A DNA stretch of 63,874 nucleotides, filler included, from Octopus bimaculoides (taxonomy: Eukaryota): assembly GCF_001194135.2 (NCBI RefSeq). It is 5 parts of 4 records of this genome, joined end to end, with 100 filler letters (N's around TTAATTAATTAA, not from the genome) between each part and the next. Parts side by side here need not be neighbours in the genome. Positions count along the whole stretch, not along the records: positions 49,227 to 55,373 come from NC_068986.1; positions 55,474 to 63,874 come from NC_069002.1; 3 more parts are not named here. One strand, given 5' to 3'. Both the position numbers and the translations under genes were made by a program. Below the pieces are notes generated by a model. The model was not told the DNA's origin. It saw nothing but the letters and a program-made list of their open reading frames with translations, and did not search any database. Within the stretch, counting starts at the first letter, position 1, and every line of letters starts with the position of its first letter. Of this stretch, positions 52,010 to 63,874 are shown piece by piece.

Positions 52010-53240
52010 GGAAGCAAATAGACACCTTTAATTTTCAAAATCTTTTATTTAATACGCAAAGTGAACAATTGAAATGTAATCGATAGGTAGGACTACATAC
52101 TTTAGTATTTAGTTGACATTCCCTTTGCAGTTTTTAATTCAGGAACTCTTTTTGGCATTGAACTGATGAGTTTTGTGATTGTCTCTTGCGGAATTTCTGC
52201 CCACTTTTCATGCTACAATCAAAACAATTCATCTTTAGATTTAGGTTTCTGTCGAGTTCATTGTATAGCTCTATCTAGTATGCTCCAAAGATTTTCAATT
52301 GGGTTCATGTCAGGAGATTTGCTCAGCCAAGGAAGCTTTTTGATCCAATTTTCAATCAGCCATTGTTGATTCTTTTATACTGTGTGGCATGGAGCCCCAT
52401 CTTCCTTGAATAAAAACTCATTTTTTGTTATGTTATCGTGTGAATGCATCAGAAGTAGTCCTTGCGTAAGTATTTCGATGTATTTTTCTGAGTTTCTGGT
52501 TCCAACACATTCGATCAGCTCAGAATGACCATTGCTGTTGACAGCTCCCCATACCATTACAGAGATACCACCATAGTTGGTTGTAGTGGTTTCAAATCAA
52601 ATTCTTGATTGAGAAGCCTCCAGACCCAAACACGTCCACTGTCTGAAAATAATGCAAATCTGGATTCATCTGAGAAAATCACTCTATCCCAAAATGAACT
52701 GTATTTTTCTGACATTTCCTTAGCCCATTTCTTTCTTTCCAGGATATTAATTGGTTGAAGGAGAGGTTTTCTTCTAGCTGCTTGTCCATAATACCCAAGC
52801 TTATGCAGATATGTAACACATGTTCTTGGACTAACTTCTAGCTGTTTTAGAATGTCAGAAGCCTTCGAATAGGGATTCATTCTCCACAATTCTCTTCAAG
52901 CAGCAAAGCTTCCTTTCTGAGGGCTCAGGTCGGCCAGGACAAGAATCTGTTGATTCTTTTCCTTGACTTTTGAATTGCACTATAATTCTATTAACAGTAG
53001 CAAGAGGAATTTGAAGATTTTCGACAATTTTTTGCTGGCTAAGACCAACCTCAGAGTGCCCAACAATATGACTTCTTTGTAAATCTAACAGTTCTGCTGA
53101 CTTTTTTGTGTGTGGCATGGTTACTCTTAGCAAATGTTTAATATAATGGCACTTGGAAAGAAAAAGAATAATTACATTGTAAATTCTACACTGCTGAAAA
53201 CATATTCAGACGCTTAGATCAGAAATTTTGAAATTTCTGC
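52010..53240 (-). mobile_element. Tc1-family DNA transposon relic (DD34E transposase, frameshifted)
   Basis: HTH N-terminus, RRKPLL, VIFSDESRF, MVWGAVN, FKEDGAPCHT, W.SKSPDMNPIENLW; TIRs only weakly recognisable. Confidence 0.9.
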
Positions 53241-53293
53241 ATGTCTGTGTCTATATATATACACACACATATATATATATATAAATATATATA

Positions 53294-53348
<55 letters not shown>

Positions 53349-53400
53349 GCAGCATGGAAAGTGGTTTATAAGCCATTTAAAAACACACAAAAACTGTTAG

Positions 53401-53570
53401 ATTCACTTCGGCATTTAAATTTAATTTGCCTAAATATTTTCGGTGCTTTGAGACCGTGACCTGTTCACTCACAAAATTTCTGTACTGCACGGAATTTTGT
53501 CAGTGTACAGGTTGTGGTCTCAAAGTGCCAAAAATATTTAAGCAAATTAAATTTAAATGTTGAAATGAAT
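53401..53570. repeat. Imperfect palindrome, ~78-bp arms, ~13-nt loop
   Basis: attcacttcggcatttaaatttaatttgcc...cacaaaattt pairs with aattttgtcag...gcaaattaaatttaaatgttgaaatgaat; runs into an N gap. Confidence 0.8.
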
Positions 53571-54349
53571 TTANNNNNNNNNNNNNNNNNNNNNNNNNNN
53601 NNNNNNNNNNNNNNNNNNNNNNNNNNNNNNNNNNNNNNNNNNNNNNNNNNNNNNNNNNNNNNNNNNNNNNNNNNNNNNNNNNNNNATATATATATATATA
53701 TATATATATATGTAAGCATGTGTGTGTATATGTTTGCGTATATATAACACTTTCCCCTCTAAGATATTCCCATTCCAATATTGTACCTACTGTTATTGCT
53801 CCAGCCATGATAGGTGCTCTTTTTATTTTACTTTCCAAGCGGCAATGTTATCCTGAATTTAAAAAAGTACTCAGTACACACTGTAAATTATATGCATTCA
53901 GGAAGGGCATCTCGCTATACCAAAAATATTGTCAAACTGTCCTTCCCATGCTGACATAGAAGACAGATTTAAGATGAAATAATGATGACGTGTATGTGTA
54001 TGTGTGTGTGTAAACCACTATTGTGAGACACTGAGGAAGTGAAGTGTAAGATAGCATGTTTCTACAACTATTATGTAATTATTTGGCCTTTGGTTGAAAC
54101 ATATGTCCTTAAAGCATTGAGTGTAACGACTATTTTCTACTTTATTATACACACACACACATATATATAAAATATATAGACAGGTTTATAATCCAAGTTG
54201 TGTCCTCAGTAAGCACATCTGCATTCTGTCTCTGAAGAATTTCTAATAGATTTTGTACGTTTCTCCTACATATACAATTTTGTCATTCTTGTTACAAATG
54301 AAACACATGTAATGGTGAATAAGTAAGACCCCAAAAATTCTTTCCAATC

Positions 54350-54358
54350 ACTTGTTTT

Positions 54359-54396
<38 letters not shown>

Positions 54397-54422
54397 TTTC
54401 CAGAGGATGTAGCACTTGTTTT

Positions 54423-54466
<44 letters not shown>

Positions 54467-54480
54467 CAGAGGATGTAGCA
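54350..54480 (+). repeat. Two tandem copies of a ~65-bp unit containing (TA)n
   Basis: cttgttttggga(ta)n..attttccagaggatgtagca occurs twice. Confidence 0.85.
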
Positions 54481-54583
54481 GAAGAAATGTTGACATAGAG
54501 TGGTGAATAAATCAATCTTGGATATATCGAGTTTGAAGTTTCTGTCTCTTTTAAATATACAAATTTAAAAGTTAAAAACCTTG

Positions 54584-54634
<51 letters not shown>

Positions 54635-55328
54635 CTAAAATGCATCTAATATAACAAATGCAATTATTTATTATCATAAATGCAGAATTCCCTGCAGTCA
54701 TTGTGCCATCAAAAACATATAAGCCATCAATCTGTGTAACCCTTTGTAGCCTGTAACTCAATCCTCAATTGGTCCATTAAAAGCCACATGAATCCTTTAT
54801 CCCATATATCTATCATGCTTGAATTACAAAAGAAACCAAAATATTTCAGCTAAGTTGAGTCTTTGATAACAGATACTTACTTTCATTTTACTCCCTAATT
54901 TCAGTACAACATATTATTGATGTGAAATCATTACACACATTAGGTTTTTTTATAGCAGGAAAAAATTAAATGAATAAATGTAATATAAATAGAATATTGA
55001 TAGAAATATTAATAATCTAAATACTGTAGTAGCGTTTGTTTTTTATTTGCCAACTGGGATTTGTCCATATGACTTGGTATTTTCCCTGAGTAATTCTTGA
55101 AAAGAATTCTTGCAAAGGAAATCTAAACAAATGCTTTGGTATGAAAGAACAAACGTTGCAAGAAAATTGTATTGAGTTTGGATTTAAAGAGAATTTTAGA
55201 ACCCAATAACATGCTGTAGTAGCAAAATAGCAAGTTTCTTGCCATAAGGGAGTGTATTATTTTATCTGCTACATAAAGTTGTGTGTGTGTGTGCATATAT
55301 GTATATGTACATATATGTGTGTATTTGT

Positions 55329-55373
<45 letters not shown>

Positions 55374-55479
55374 NNNNNNNNNNNNNNNNNNNNNNNNNNN
55401 NNNNNNNNNNNNNNNNNTTAATTAATTAANNNNNNNNNNNNNNNNNNNNNNNNNNNNNNNNNNNNNNNNNNNNATATAG

Positions 55480-55576
55480 ATATATATACATACATATATA
55501 TGTCGGGGGAATAGGGAGAGTAAGAGACACTGAAAGAGAGAAGGCGAGGCAGAGGATAAGAGAGTATGATAAAGAT

Positions 55577-55619
<43 letters not shown>

Positions 55620-56033
55620 GAGAGAGAGAGATAGAGAGAGTGAGAGGGAGAGAGATAGAGTGAGAGGGAGACGGGGATAATTGAATAATTGAAATTAAGA
55701 TGCCTTCAACAGCAACAGTGAGACCGCCACCGCCACCACCACCACCACCCCCACCGTCACCACCACCGAAAACAACAACAACTGCAACAAGCGCGTGATC
55801 AGCGGCGTGTATAATATAGAAATAATGGAAATAAAGGGAAATTAAGGTAATAATATAGAAGAGAGGATTGTGGGAATGGTAGAACGACAGACCGGAAGAG
55901 GGTGGAGTGGTAGTCGCTGTAGCGGTGGTGACGATGGTTGGTGATGACAACGAAGTTCATGATGATGGTGGCGATGATGATAACGATGATGATGATGATG
56001 ATGAAAATGTGGATAGTTGGTTGGAAATGATGG

Positions 56034-56113
<80 letters not shown>

Positions 56114-56275
56114 ATGATGATGATGATGATGATGGTGACGATTCTGACGGTTGTAGTGATGATGGTGACGTTGATATGATAATGGAAAGCTGACGGAAGG
56201 AAGAACAGGGCAAATAGATAGACAGGTAGATGGATTGATGGATACAAACACAGAAAGAAAGTTAAATAGATAGAC

Positions 56276-56318
<43 letters not shown>

Positions 56319-57491
56319 CAGATAGACAGATAGACAGAGAGACGGACAGAGGGCGAGACAGATATATAGATAGGTAAGTAGNNNNNNNNNNNNNNNNNNN
56401 NNNNNNNNNNNNNNNNNNNNNNNNNNNNNNNNNNNNNNNNNNNNNNNNNNNNNNNNNNNNNNNNNNNNNNNNNNNNNNNNNNNNNNNNNNNNNNNNNNNN
56501 NNNNNNNNNNNNNNNNNNNNNNNNNNNNNNNNNNNNNNNNNNNNNNNNNNNNNNNNNNNNNNNNNNNNNNNNNNNNNNNNNNNNNNNNNNNNNNNNNNNN
56601 NTAAGTAGATAAAGATACATAAATGGACAAGTAAAGAGCTGTATAAGTTGAAAGCTCGAGAAAGTATTGGATTCACAAGAAGATAAACAAATAGATAGAT
56701 AGAGAGACAAATTGGAGAGATAAGGAGAGAAAAAGGAGACTAAGAAGACCGATAGACAGAGAGGCAGATAGATAGATAAATAGATAGATAAATAAAGGAA
56801 ATAGATAGATTAAGGAAATAGATAGACAGATAGATATAGACAGATAAAGGAAGTAGATAGATAGATAGATAAAGGAGGTAGATAGATAGATAGATTGATA
56901 GATAGATACATAGATAGATAGATAGATAGTCTCAATCAAAGAACACAAGAATGGTGTTAAGTGCCTCCTACATCAAGCCTATTAACTCTGTCACTAATTT
57001 CTTGATGACTTTAAAGGAGGACCCTTAAGGTTTTGCATTCCGTTCTTGACATTTCTTTTAAAGCAGCAGCAGCAGCAGAAACAGCAGCAGTAGTAATCGT
57101 TTTAGTGTCAGCAGTAGTATTAATAGTGATATTCGTTTCACAGTTTGGCACAAGGCCTCCAATGTTGGGTGAGCGTGTCAGTCGATTTCTTAAACCCCAG
57201 TACATAACTGGTACACATTTCATCGACCCCACGAAAGGGATAAAAAGCGAAGTCGGCCCCGGTGGCATTCGAACTCTGGATAGTAGTAGCGATACTGATG
57301 GTGATGGTGATGGTGGTGGTAATGGTGATAATGGTGATGATGATGATGATGATGGTGATGGTGACCGCAAGATGGTGATGATGCTAATGATATTTTTGAT
57401 GACGATGATGATGATAGTTTCTTTGGCGATACTTATGGTGGCGATGATGATGATGATGGAGAAGAGAGAGGAAAGATAATTTAGTAGGTGT

Positions 57492-57546
<55 letters not shown>

Positions 57547-57900
57547 GAAGAAGAAGAAGAAGAAGAAGAAGAAGAAGAAAAAGAAGAAGAAGGCAATGAT
57601 GAAGGAGAAAAAGAAGATGAAGAAAAAGTACAAGACGAAGAAGAATAAATAGAAGCAGAAGAAAGAGAAGAAGACGAAGTAGAAGCAAAAGAAAAAGAAT
57701 AAAAAGAATAAAAAGCAGAAAATGAAAATAATGTTGAAAAAAAGAAAAAGTTGGAGGAGGAGGATGAAGAGAAGAAAATGAAGGCAAAGTAGTTAATGGC
57801 TTCGATGACGACGATGACGATAGTGACAATTATACCAATGCTAATGATGATGATGATGCTAATGATGATGCTAATAATGATGCTAATGATGATGATGATA
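55480..57900. repeat. Dense compound microsatellite block: (GA)n, (GAT)n/(GGT)n, (GATA)n, (GAT)n(GAA)n
   Basis: Directly visible; source of the poly-H/D/M/S/L pseudo-ORFs in the track. Confidence 0.95.
57135..57282 (-). mobile_element. SINE family B, 3' part, minus strand
   Basis: gtttggcacaaggcctccaatgttggg...ccccagtacataactggtacacatttcatcgaccccacgaaagggataaaaagcgaagtcggccccggtggcattcgaactc. Confidence 0.75.
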
Positions 57901-58570
57901 GTAATGCTGCCTTTGGTAATGTTTCTGCCTTAGATTCCAACATGAAATGTGACGTTGGCAACAATTAACCACTTCAAATTCTTTAACATTTCCTCCAACA
58001 TTTAAAGACAGATTAAACGATATTGGCTAATTAACAACATTAATTGCAATTGTTAATAAATGAAAATCAGATGCAGTGGTCTTTGTTGTCGTTACTGTTA
58101 TCTTCGTCATCGTCGTCATCGTTTAAGTACGCCGCCATATTAAAACTGACAGTGTGGAATCATGATCAAATAGACTCCAATCGTGACCATCATGAATATT
58201 TTCTACATCGAAGACCATGATTATCGAACATGTCTTTCTCCCTTTCTATGACGGTATGGTTTGATCTTGATGGATATTTGGCTATTATGTCTTACATGTC
58301 TTGTGACGATGAAGAAATTCTTTCGTTGCTTAAAAAAACTGCATAAATGATTCGATTATAAGTGCAAAGATTGATGTGGGAAATTTAACTGGTGACTGTT
58401 GGTGCTGCCACCTACTGTTGCTTTCGGAGTAAGAGAGGGGTCAGAAAGAGAGATTATAAGAAATTAAAGAGAGGATGAAGTTTCCCTTTCAGGGGAGAGA
58501 ATCGCTCAGGATTTATAATTAAAAAAAAAATTATTATTGCTATCATCATCCTCATCGTCGTCGTCATCAC

Positions 58571-58623
<53 letters not shown>

Positions 58624-58624
<1 letters not shown>

Positions 58625-58860
58625 TAAGGCGGTGAGCTACCAGAATCGATAGCGCGCTGGTCGAAATGCTTAGCGTTATTTCGGACGTCGCTACGTTCTG
58701 AGTTCAAATTCCGCCGAGATCGACTTTACCTTTCATCCTTTCGGGGTCGATTAAATAAGTACCAGTTACGCATTGGGGTCGATATAATCGACTTAATCCG
58801 TTTGTCTGTCCTTGTTTGTCCCATCTGTGCGTAGCCCCTTGTGGGCAGTAAAGAAATATG
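58624..58860 (+). mobile_element. SINE family B, near full length
   Basis: ttaaggcggtgagctaccagaatcgatagcgcgctggtcgaaatgcttagc...gagttcaaattccgccgagatcgactttacctttcatcctttcggggtcgattaaataagtaccag...gtaaagaaata. Confidence 0.9.
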
Positions 58861-58995
58861 AAATTCCGTCAAGGTCAACTTTGCTTTTCATTCTCTTTGG
58901 GTCGATAAACTAAGTACTAGTCAAGTCCTTGGGTCGATGAAATCGACTTCCCCCTCCCCTCAAAATCAGTAGCCTTATGCGCGAATAAGAAAGAA
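58861..58995 (+). mobile_element. SINE family B, second partial copy
   Basis: aaattccgtcaaggtcaactttgcttttcattctctttgggtcgataaactaagtac... Confidence 0.75.
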
Positions 58996-59583
58996 TGTTT
59001 AAAAGTAAAAGAAAACATGTGTGTGTAGTATTAGTACCAACATGGAAATGTGTGAGTGGTATTTTATATTAACTCCATCTTGATGAATCAAGATTGTCAT
59101 AAAAAGACTTAGCGATGCTACCAATCCTCCCCACATTACGATTGTATTGTTATTGATGTATACTTTTATAGCTTACTCGCTTATATCTCTTGTCCTGATA
59201 ACACTATCTATCTATATCTCTCGTTTAGTATTTTGATATCATGTATGTATGTTTCATGTCTTAATATTTTTCTTATATTTTAATCAATCTGTTTACTTGG
59301 AATAATTTTGCAAGAGAAGTCTGTCTTCTCTCATTTTCTTACGAGTATTGCCAGAATAAGCGAATATCGTAATAGAGCTGGGTGAAATGAAGAGGAGAAA
59401 GAACAAAATACTTCTTTAAAAAGTCACCTGACGAGACGCAATCTGCACTTGTGGTACAAGACAAGTGATTGTACGGCATCTCACCTGTCAAGTACAAATG
59501 CAGGATTAGTCGAATGCGCAGAATATAAACATTATTCAAAATTAATCGCAAAAATATCAAATAAAAATAACAAAATAGTGTAT

Positions 59584-60005
59584 AGGCGCAGGTATGGGCG
59601 TGTGGTAAGAAGCTTGCTTCCCAAGCACCTGGTCCCAGGTTCAGTCCCACTGCGTGGCATATTGAGCAAATGTCTTCTACTATAACCTCGGACCGACCAA
59701 AGCCTTGTTGAGTGGATTTGGTGGATGGAAACTGAAAGAAGTCCATCGCATGTATATATAGAAGTGTGTATATTTGTGTGTTTGTATGTGTTTTTGTGTC
59801 TGTGTTTGTTCCACCTTCGCACCATCGCTCGATGACTGCTGTTGGTCTGCTTACGTCCCTGTAACTTAGTGGTTCGGCAAAATGGGACGATATAAGTACC
59901 AATCGTCAAAAATAGAAAAAAAAAGTCCTGGGGTCGATTCACTCGACTAAAATTTCCCCAAGGTGGTGCCCCGGCATGGCCGCAGTCTAATGACTGAAAC
60001 AAGCA
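59584..60005 (+). mobile_element. SINE family A, full length
   Basis: ggcgcaggtatgggcgtgtggtaagaagcttgc...ggtcccaggttcagtcccactgcgtggc...ggccgcagtctaatgactgaaacaag. Confidence 0.9.
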
Positions 60006-60099
60006 ACAGATAAGATGTAGGAGACATTGAACTGTAATACAGCAAGGATAAACTGAAGCAAATCTCTGCCTTCCTTCCCACCTTCTGCATTGGGAGCGA

Positions 60100-60209
60100 A
60101 GGTCACATCTCCTGTGAATTATGTTACATCAAGTTATAGAAAGCGAGTACTGAGCTACAGTGTTGACCTTTGTGCTGACACGGGTTCACTGGAGGTCAAA
60201 GTCAGGTCA
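60100..60209. promoter_or_regulatory. Candidate nuclear-receptor response element cluster (DR4 + DR5)
   Basis: AGGTCA 60100-60105, TGACCT 60164-60169, GGTTCA 60183-60188, AGGTCA 60193-60198, AGGTCA 60204-60209. Confidence 0.4.
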
Positions 60210-60708
60210 CCAGTGCAGTATATTTTATCAAATATAGCTGCAACGTATAATACTGAACATTCCCTCAGCTCGGTGTATTAGATAAAGCTGAACGCAAAAC
60301 TTCATTAGTTGTTCAACAGACCGAAAGTTTGAGATATATTTAGAAACATACGCACACACACACTCACATACACGCACGTGCCATCAAACACACATTTACT
60401 CTTGTACATGCTCGTATATATGTGTGTATACATATATGATTCTATATGTACATATATATNNNNNNNNNNNNNNNNNNNNNNNNNNNNNNNNNNNNNNNNN
60501 NNNNNNNNNNNNNNNNNNNNNNNNNNNNNNNNNNNNNNNNNNNNNNNNNNNNNNNNNNNNNNNNNNNNNNNNNNNNNNNNNNNNNNNNNNNNNNNNNNNN
60601 NNNNNNNNNNNNNNNNNNNNNNNNNNNNNNNNNNNNNNNNNNNNNNNNNNNNNNNNNNNNNNNNNNNNNNNNNNNNNNNNNNNNNNNNNNNNNNNNNNNN
60701 NNNNNNNN

Positions 60709-60751
<43 letters not shown>

Positions 60752-61516
60752 TAATATATATGAATATACATATTTATAGATATGTGCATGTAAATACATG
60801 TATATGTGTATATATGTATATATGTGTGTGTGTATATAAACAAACACACGTTTGTATATGAGGACATGCACAAATATACATTGGTTCACACACACACACA
60901 CACATTAAAGTACTATCTATCTATCTGTCTGTCTATATATATAAATGTACACACAGTAAACACACATACATACACATATATATTCATGCATATAGATACA
61001 TATATGTGTGTTTATATACATTAAATGTACATTTGTTTCTGTATTTCGGTAGGGTCATTTTGCCAAAGTAAACCAAAGCACTCCTCCGATTTTATATCCT
61101 AGCAATTTTATTTATTCACTACTTAACTAATTAAGGATTTTCCCTATCCGATTATTCTCTTAATCGTTTGATCCATTAACCGATTATTTAGTTAATCAGA
61201 TCCATTGTGTCGCCATCTGTGACTTCCTCAACAAAATGTCCTCGTTCTTCCTGGCGTGTTTCTCTGCATCGAAACGGTTTTTATTCTTTGATAAATGCGT
61301 GAGAATGAGTCAGTGTGTGCCTATGTGTATGTATGTATGTGTGCGTGTGCGAGCGCATATATTATATGTGCTTGTTCAGTGTACTGTGAAGTATTCTACA
61401 CATGATGGAATCATAGATATGTCTTTACATGTTAGAAATTCGTGTAGTTTCTACAATACATGGCAAAAGAGAAAAAGAAAGTGTGTGTGTGTTTGAGAGA
61501 GCGTTTGTGTGTGTGC

Positions 61517-61566
<50 letters not shown>

Positions 61567-61786
61567 GGGGAAGTGAAAGATAGAGAAAGAGAGAAAGCGT
61601 GGAGTGTGAGTGAGCGAGAGGGAGTTAGTGAGAGAGAGAGTGGAGGTGATGTGTTCCCCTGGAAACCGAAAATAGGTAACAGCAGATAATAATTATCGAA
61701 AGTTCATCAATATCGAAGTACAGTTAGATATATCCGTGTATTGATATATAGAGTCACGAAAATATACACACGCATATATATGTTAG

Positions 61787-61893
<107 letters not shown>

Positions 61894-63199
61894 NNNNNNN
61901 NNNNNNNNNNNNNNNNNNNNNNNNNNNNNNNNNNNNNNNNNNNNNNNNNNNNNNNNNNNNNNNNNNNNNNNNNNNNNNNNNNNNNNNNNNNNNNNNNNNN
62001 NNNNNNNNNNNNNNNNNNNNNNNNNNNNNNNNNNNNNNNNNNNNNNNNNNNNNNNNNNNNNNNNNNNNNNNNNNNNNNNNNNNNNNNNNNNNNNNNNNNN
62101 NNNNNNNNNNNNNNNNNNNNNNNNNNNNNNNNNNNNNNNNNNNNNNNNNNNNNNNNNNNNNNNNNNNNNNNNNNNNNNNNNNNNNNNNNNNNNNNNNNNN
62201 NNNNNNNNNNNNNNNNNNNNNNNNNNNNNNNNNNNNNNNNNNNNNNNNNNNNNNNNNNNNNNNNNNNNNNNNNNNNNNNNNNNNNNNNNNNNNNNNNNNN
62301 NNNNNNNNNNNNNNNNNNNNNNNNNNNNNNNNNNNNNNNNNNNNNNNNNNNNNNNNNNNNNNNNNNNNNNNNNNNNNNNNNNNNNNNNNNNNNNNNNNNN
62401 NNNNNNNNNNNNNNNNNNNNNNNNNNNNNNNNNNNNNNNNNNNNNNNNNNNNNNNNNNNNNNNNNNNNNNNNNNNNNNNNNNNNNNNNNNNNNNNNNNNN
62501 NNNNNNNNNNNNNNNNNNNNNNNNNNNNNNNNNNNNNNNNNNNNNNNNNNNNNNNNNNNNNNNNNNNNNNNNNNNNNNNNNNNNNNNNNNNNNNNNNNNN
62601 NNNNNNNNNNNNNNNNNNNNNNNNNNNNNNNNNNNNNNNNNNNNNNNNNNNNNNNNNNNNNNNNNNNNNNNNNNNNNNNNNNNNNNNNNNTATATATACA
62701 TATATATATATATATATAACACATATACATGCTCACGCACACAGAATACACAAGCACTATCAACCTTAAGTTATTGTTTCCACTAAACAAATTCCCAAAT
62801 TCCTCTCCCCTTCTATCTCACCTCCTCCTCCTCTCTCTCCCTCCTTCTCTAACTCGCATACTTCCTCTCACTCTCTCTCTCTCTCATTTTCTCTCAGTCT
62901 TCCTCCCTCACTAGTTATGGCCGAATGAATGGTTAACGGCCGTTATAGAGTAGAATCTTTGCCAGTTATTAAAGCTGGATCAATAAGTTAAGCTGTTTAG
63001 GCGATCGTAATAGAATGGCGAAGAAGACGGTCGCCATTTTCTCCTGCATGTTTCGCACTTCGAAACATCGAATGATATATGCTTCAGTGTGATCAGCTTG
63101 ATCAATCTAATCAGTTTAACAAGTTTTAATCAGCAGCCAATAATACAGACTGGTAGGGTATACACACATACATACATACATACATACATACATACTTAC

Positions 63200-63241
<42 letters not shown>

Positions 63242-63584
63242 GTACTCACACACATACATAGACACGCATATACATATATATATGTACGTGAGTGTGTGCG
63301 TCTATATATATATATATATATATGGAAATACATTCACACATACACATATAGGTATATGTATGTGTGTGTGTGTGTGTGTGTGTGTATAAGCATATATATA
63401 TATGTGTATGTATATAGTATATGTATATGTGTGTGTGTGTATATATAAACATTTACATGTGTGTATGTATGTGTATATATGTATGCCTGTATATATATGT
63501 ATATATATAAATATATATATATATAAGCAATGTTAATTCTCTAAATGAAGTATTAACAGTAACTGCACGATAAAGTGTAGTATA

Positions 63585-63874
63585 TTGCCACTTAAGTGTG
63601 GCTGACCCCTAGGGGTGGATGTTACTGTTGCTTTTAGCCCCAGGAGGACATCTCCTCCAGCTGGCTTATCGACACACGACTCTGTCCTGTTTGCCAAGGG
63701 AAGTTATCCCTCTCACCTCGATCTGCAGCACGAACGTATCCGGATTTCAGGGTTATTTCCCTTCGTCGGCGCCCGATAGCTGCTGACCTTGGCGAGAGAG
63801 ACAAAAACCTGGCAATCTTATATCTTCTTTTCCAGTGAAATTCTTCACTGATATCGAAAAGGTGAAAACAAGCA
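63585..63874. mobile_element. Probable interspersed repeat, class undetermined, cut by window end
   Basis: GC-richer segment gtgtggctgacccctaggggtgg...agccccaggaggacatctcctccagctggc recalled as a recurrent octopus repeat; not verifiable here. Confidence 0.3.

Noticed and set aside
55426-57829. Poly-His, poly-Asp, poly-Ser, poly-Met and poly-Leu ORFs (also 25193-25610, 28483-28903, 36664-37137)
   Set aside because: Translations of (GAT)n, (TAG)n, (ATT)n and (GAA)n microsatellites; no domain, no splice support.

Overview
AT-rich, gap-riddled, microsatellite-dense eukaryotic DNA. Its SINE and LINE repertoire looks like a coleoid cephalopod, most like Octopus (recognised from memory, not from a search). 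I cannot support any intact host protein-coding gene; nearly all ORFs in the track are microsatellite or N-gap artefacts. The window is intergenic or intronic and filled with decayed mobile DNA. It holds three tRNA-derived SINE families, RTE LINE fragments, several RLE-type (R4/Dong-like) LINE fragments, two mariner relics, one Tc1 relic, one Penelope-like element (PLE; RT plus GIY-YIG) and four long fold-back inverted repeats. The most interesting structure is a recurrent three-part module: a tRNA-like Pol III head, then (TAA)n, then a Penelope pseudo-LTR containing a minimal type I hammerhead ribozyme. This module forms the 3' end of the PLE at 33.5-35.2 kb, also occurs as short stand-alone copies, and in three loci carries R4/Dong-like fragments inserted in its (TAA)n. 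Two compact candidate cis-regulatory clusters are also visible: E-box/CTCF/IR8 at 11.4 kb and a DR4+DR5 nuclear-receptor array at 60.1-60.2 kb.
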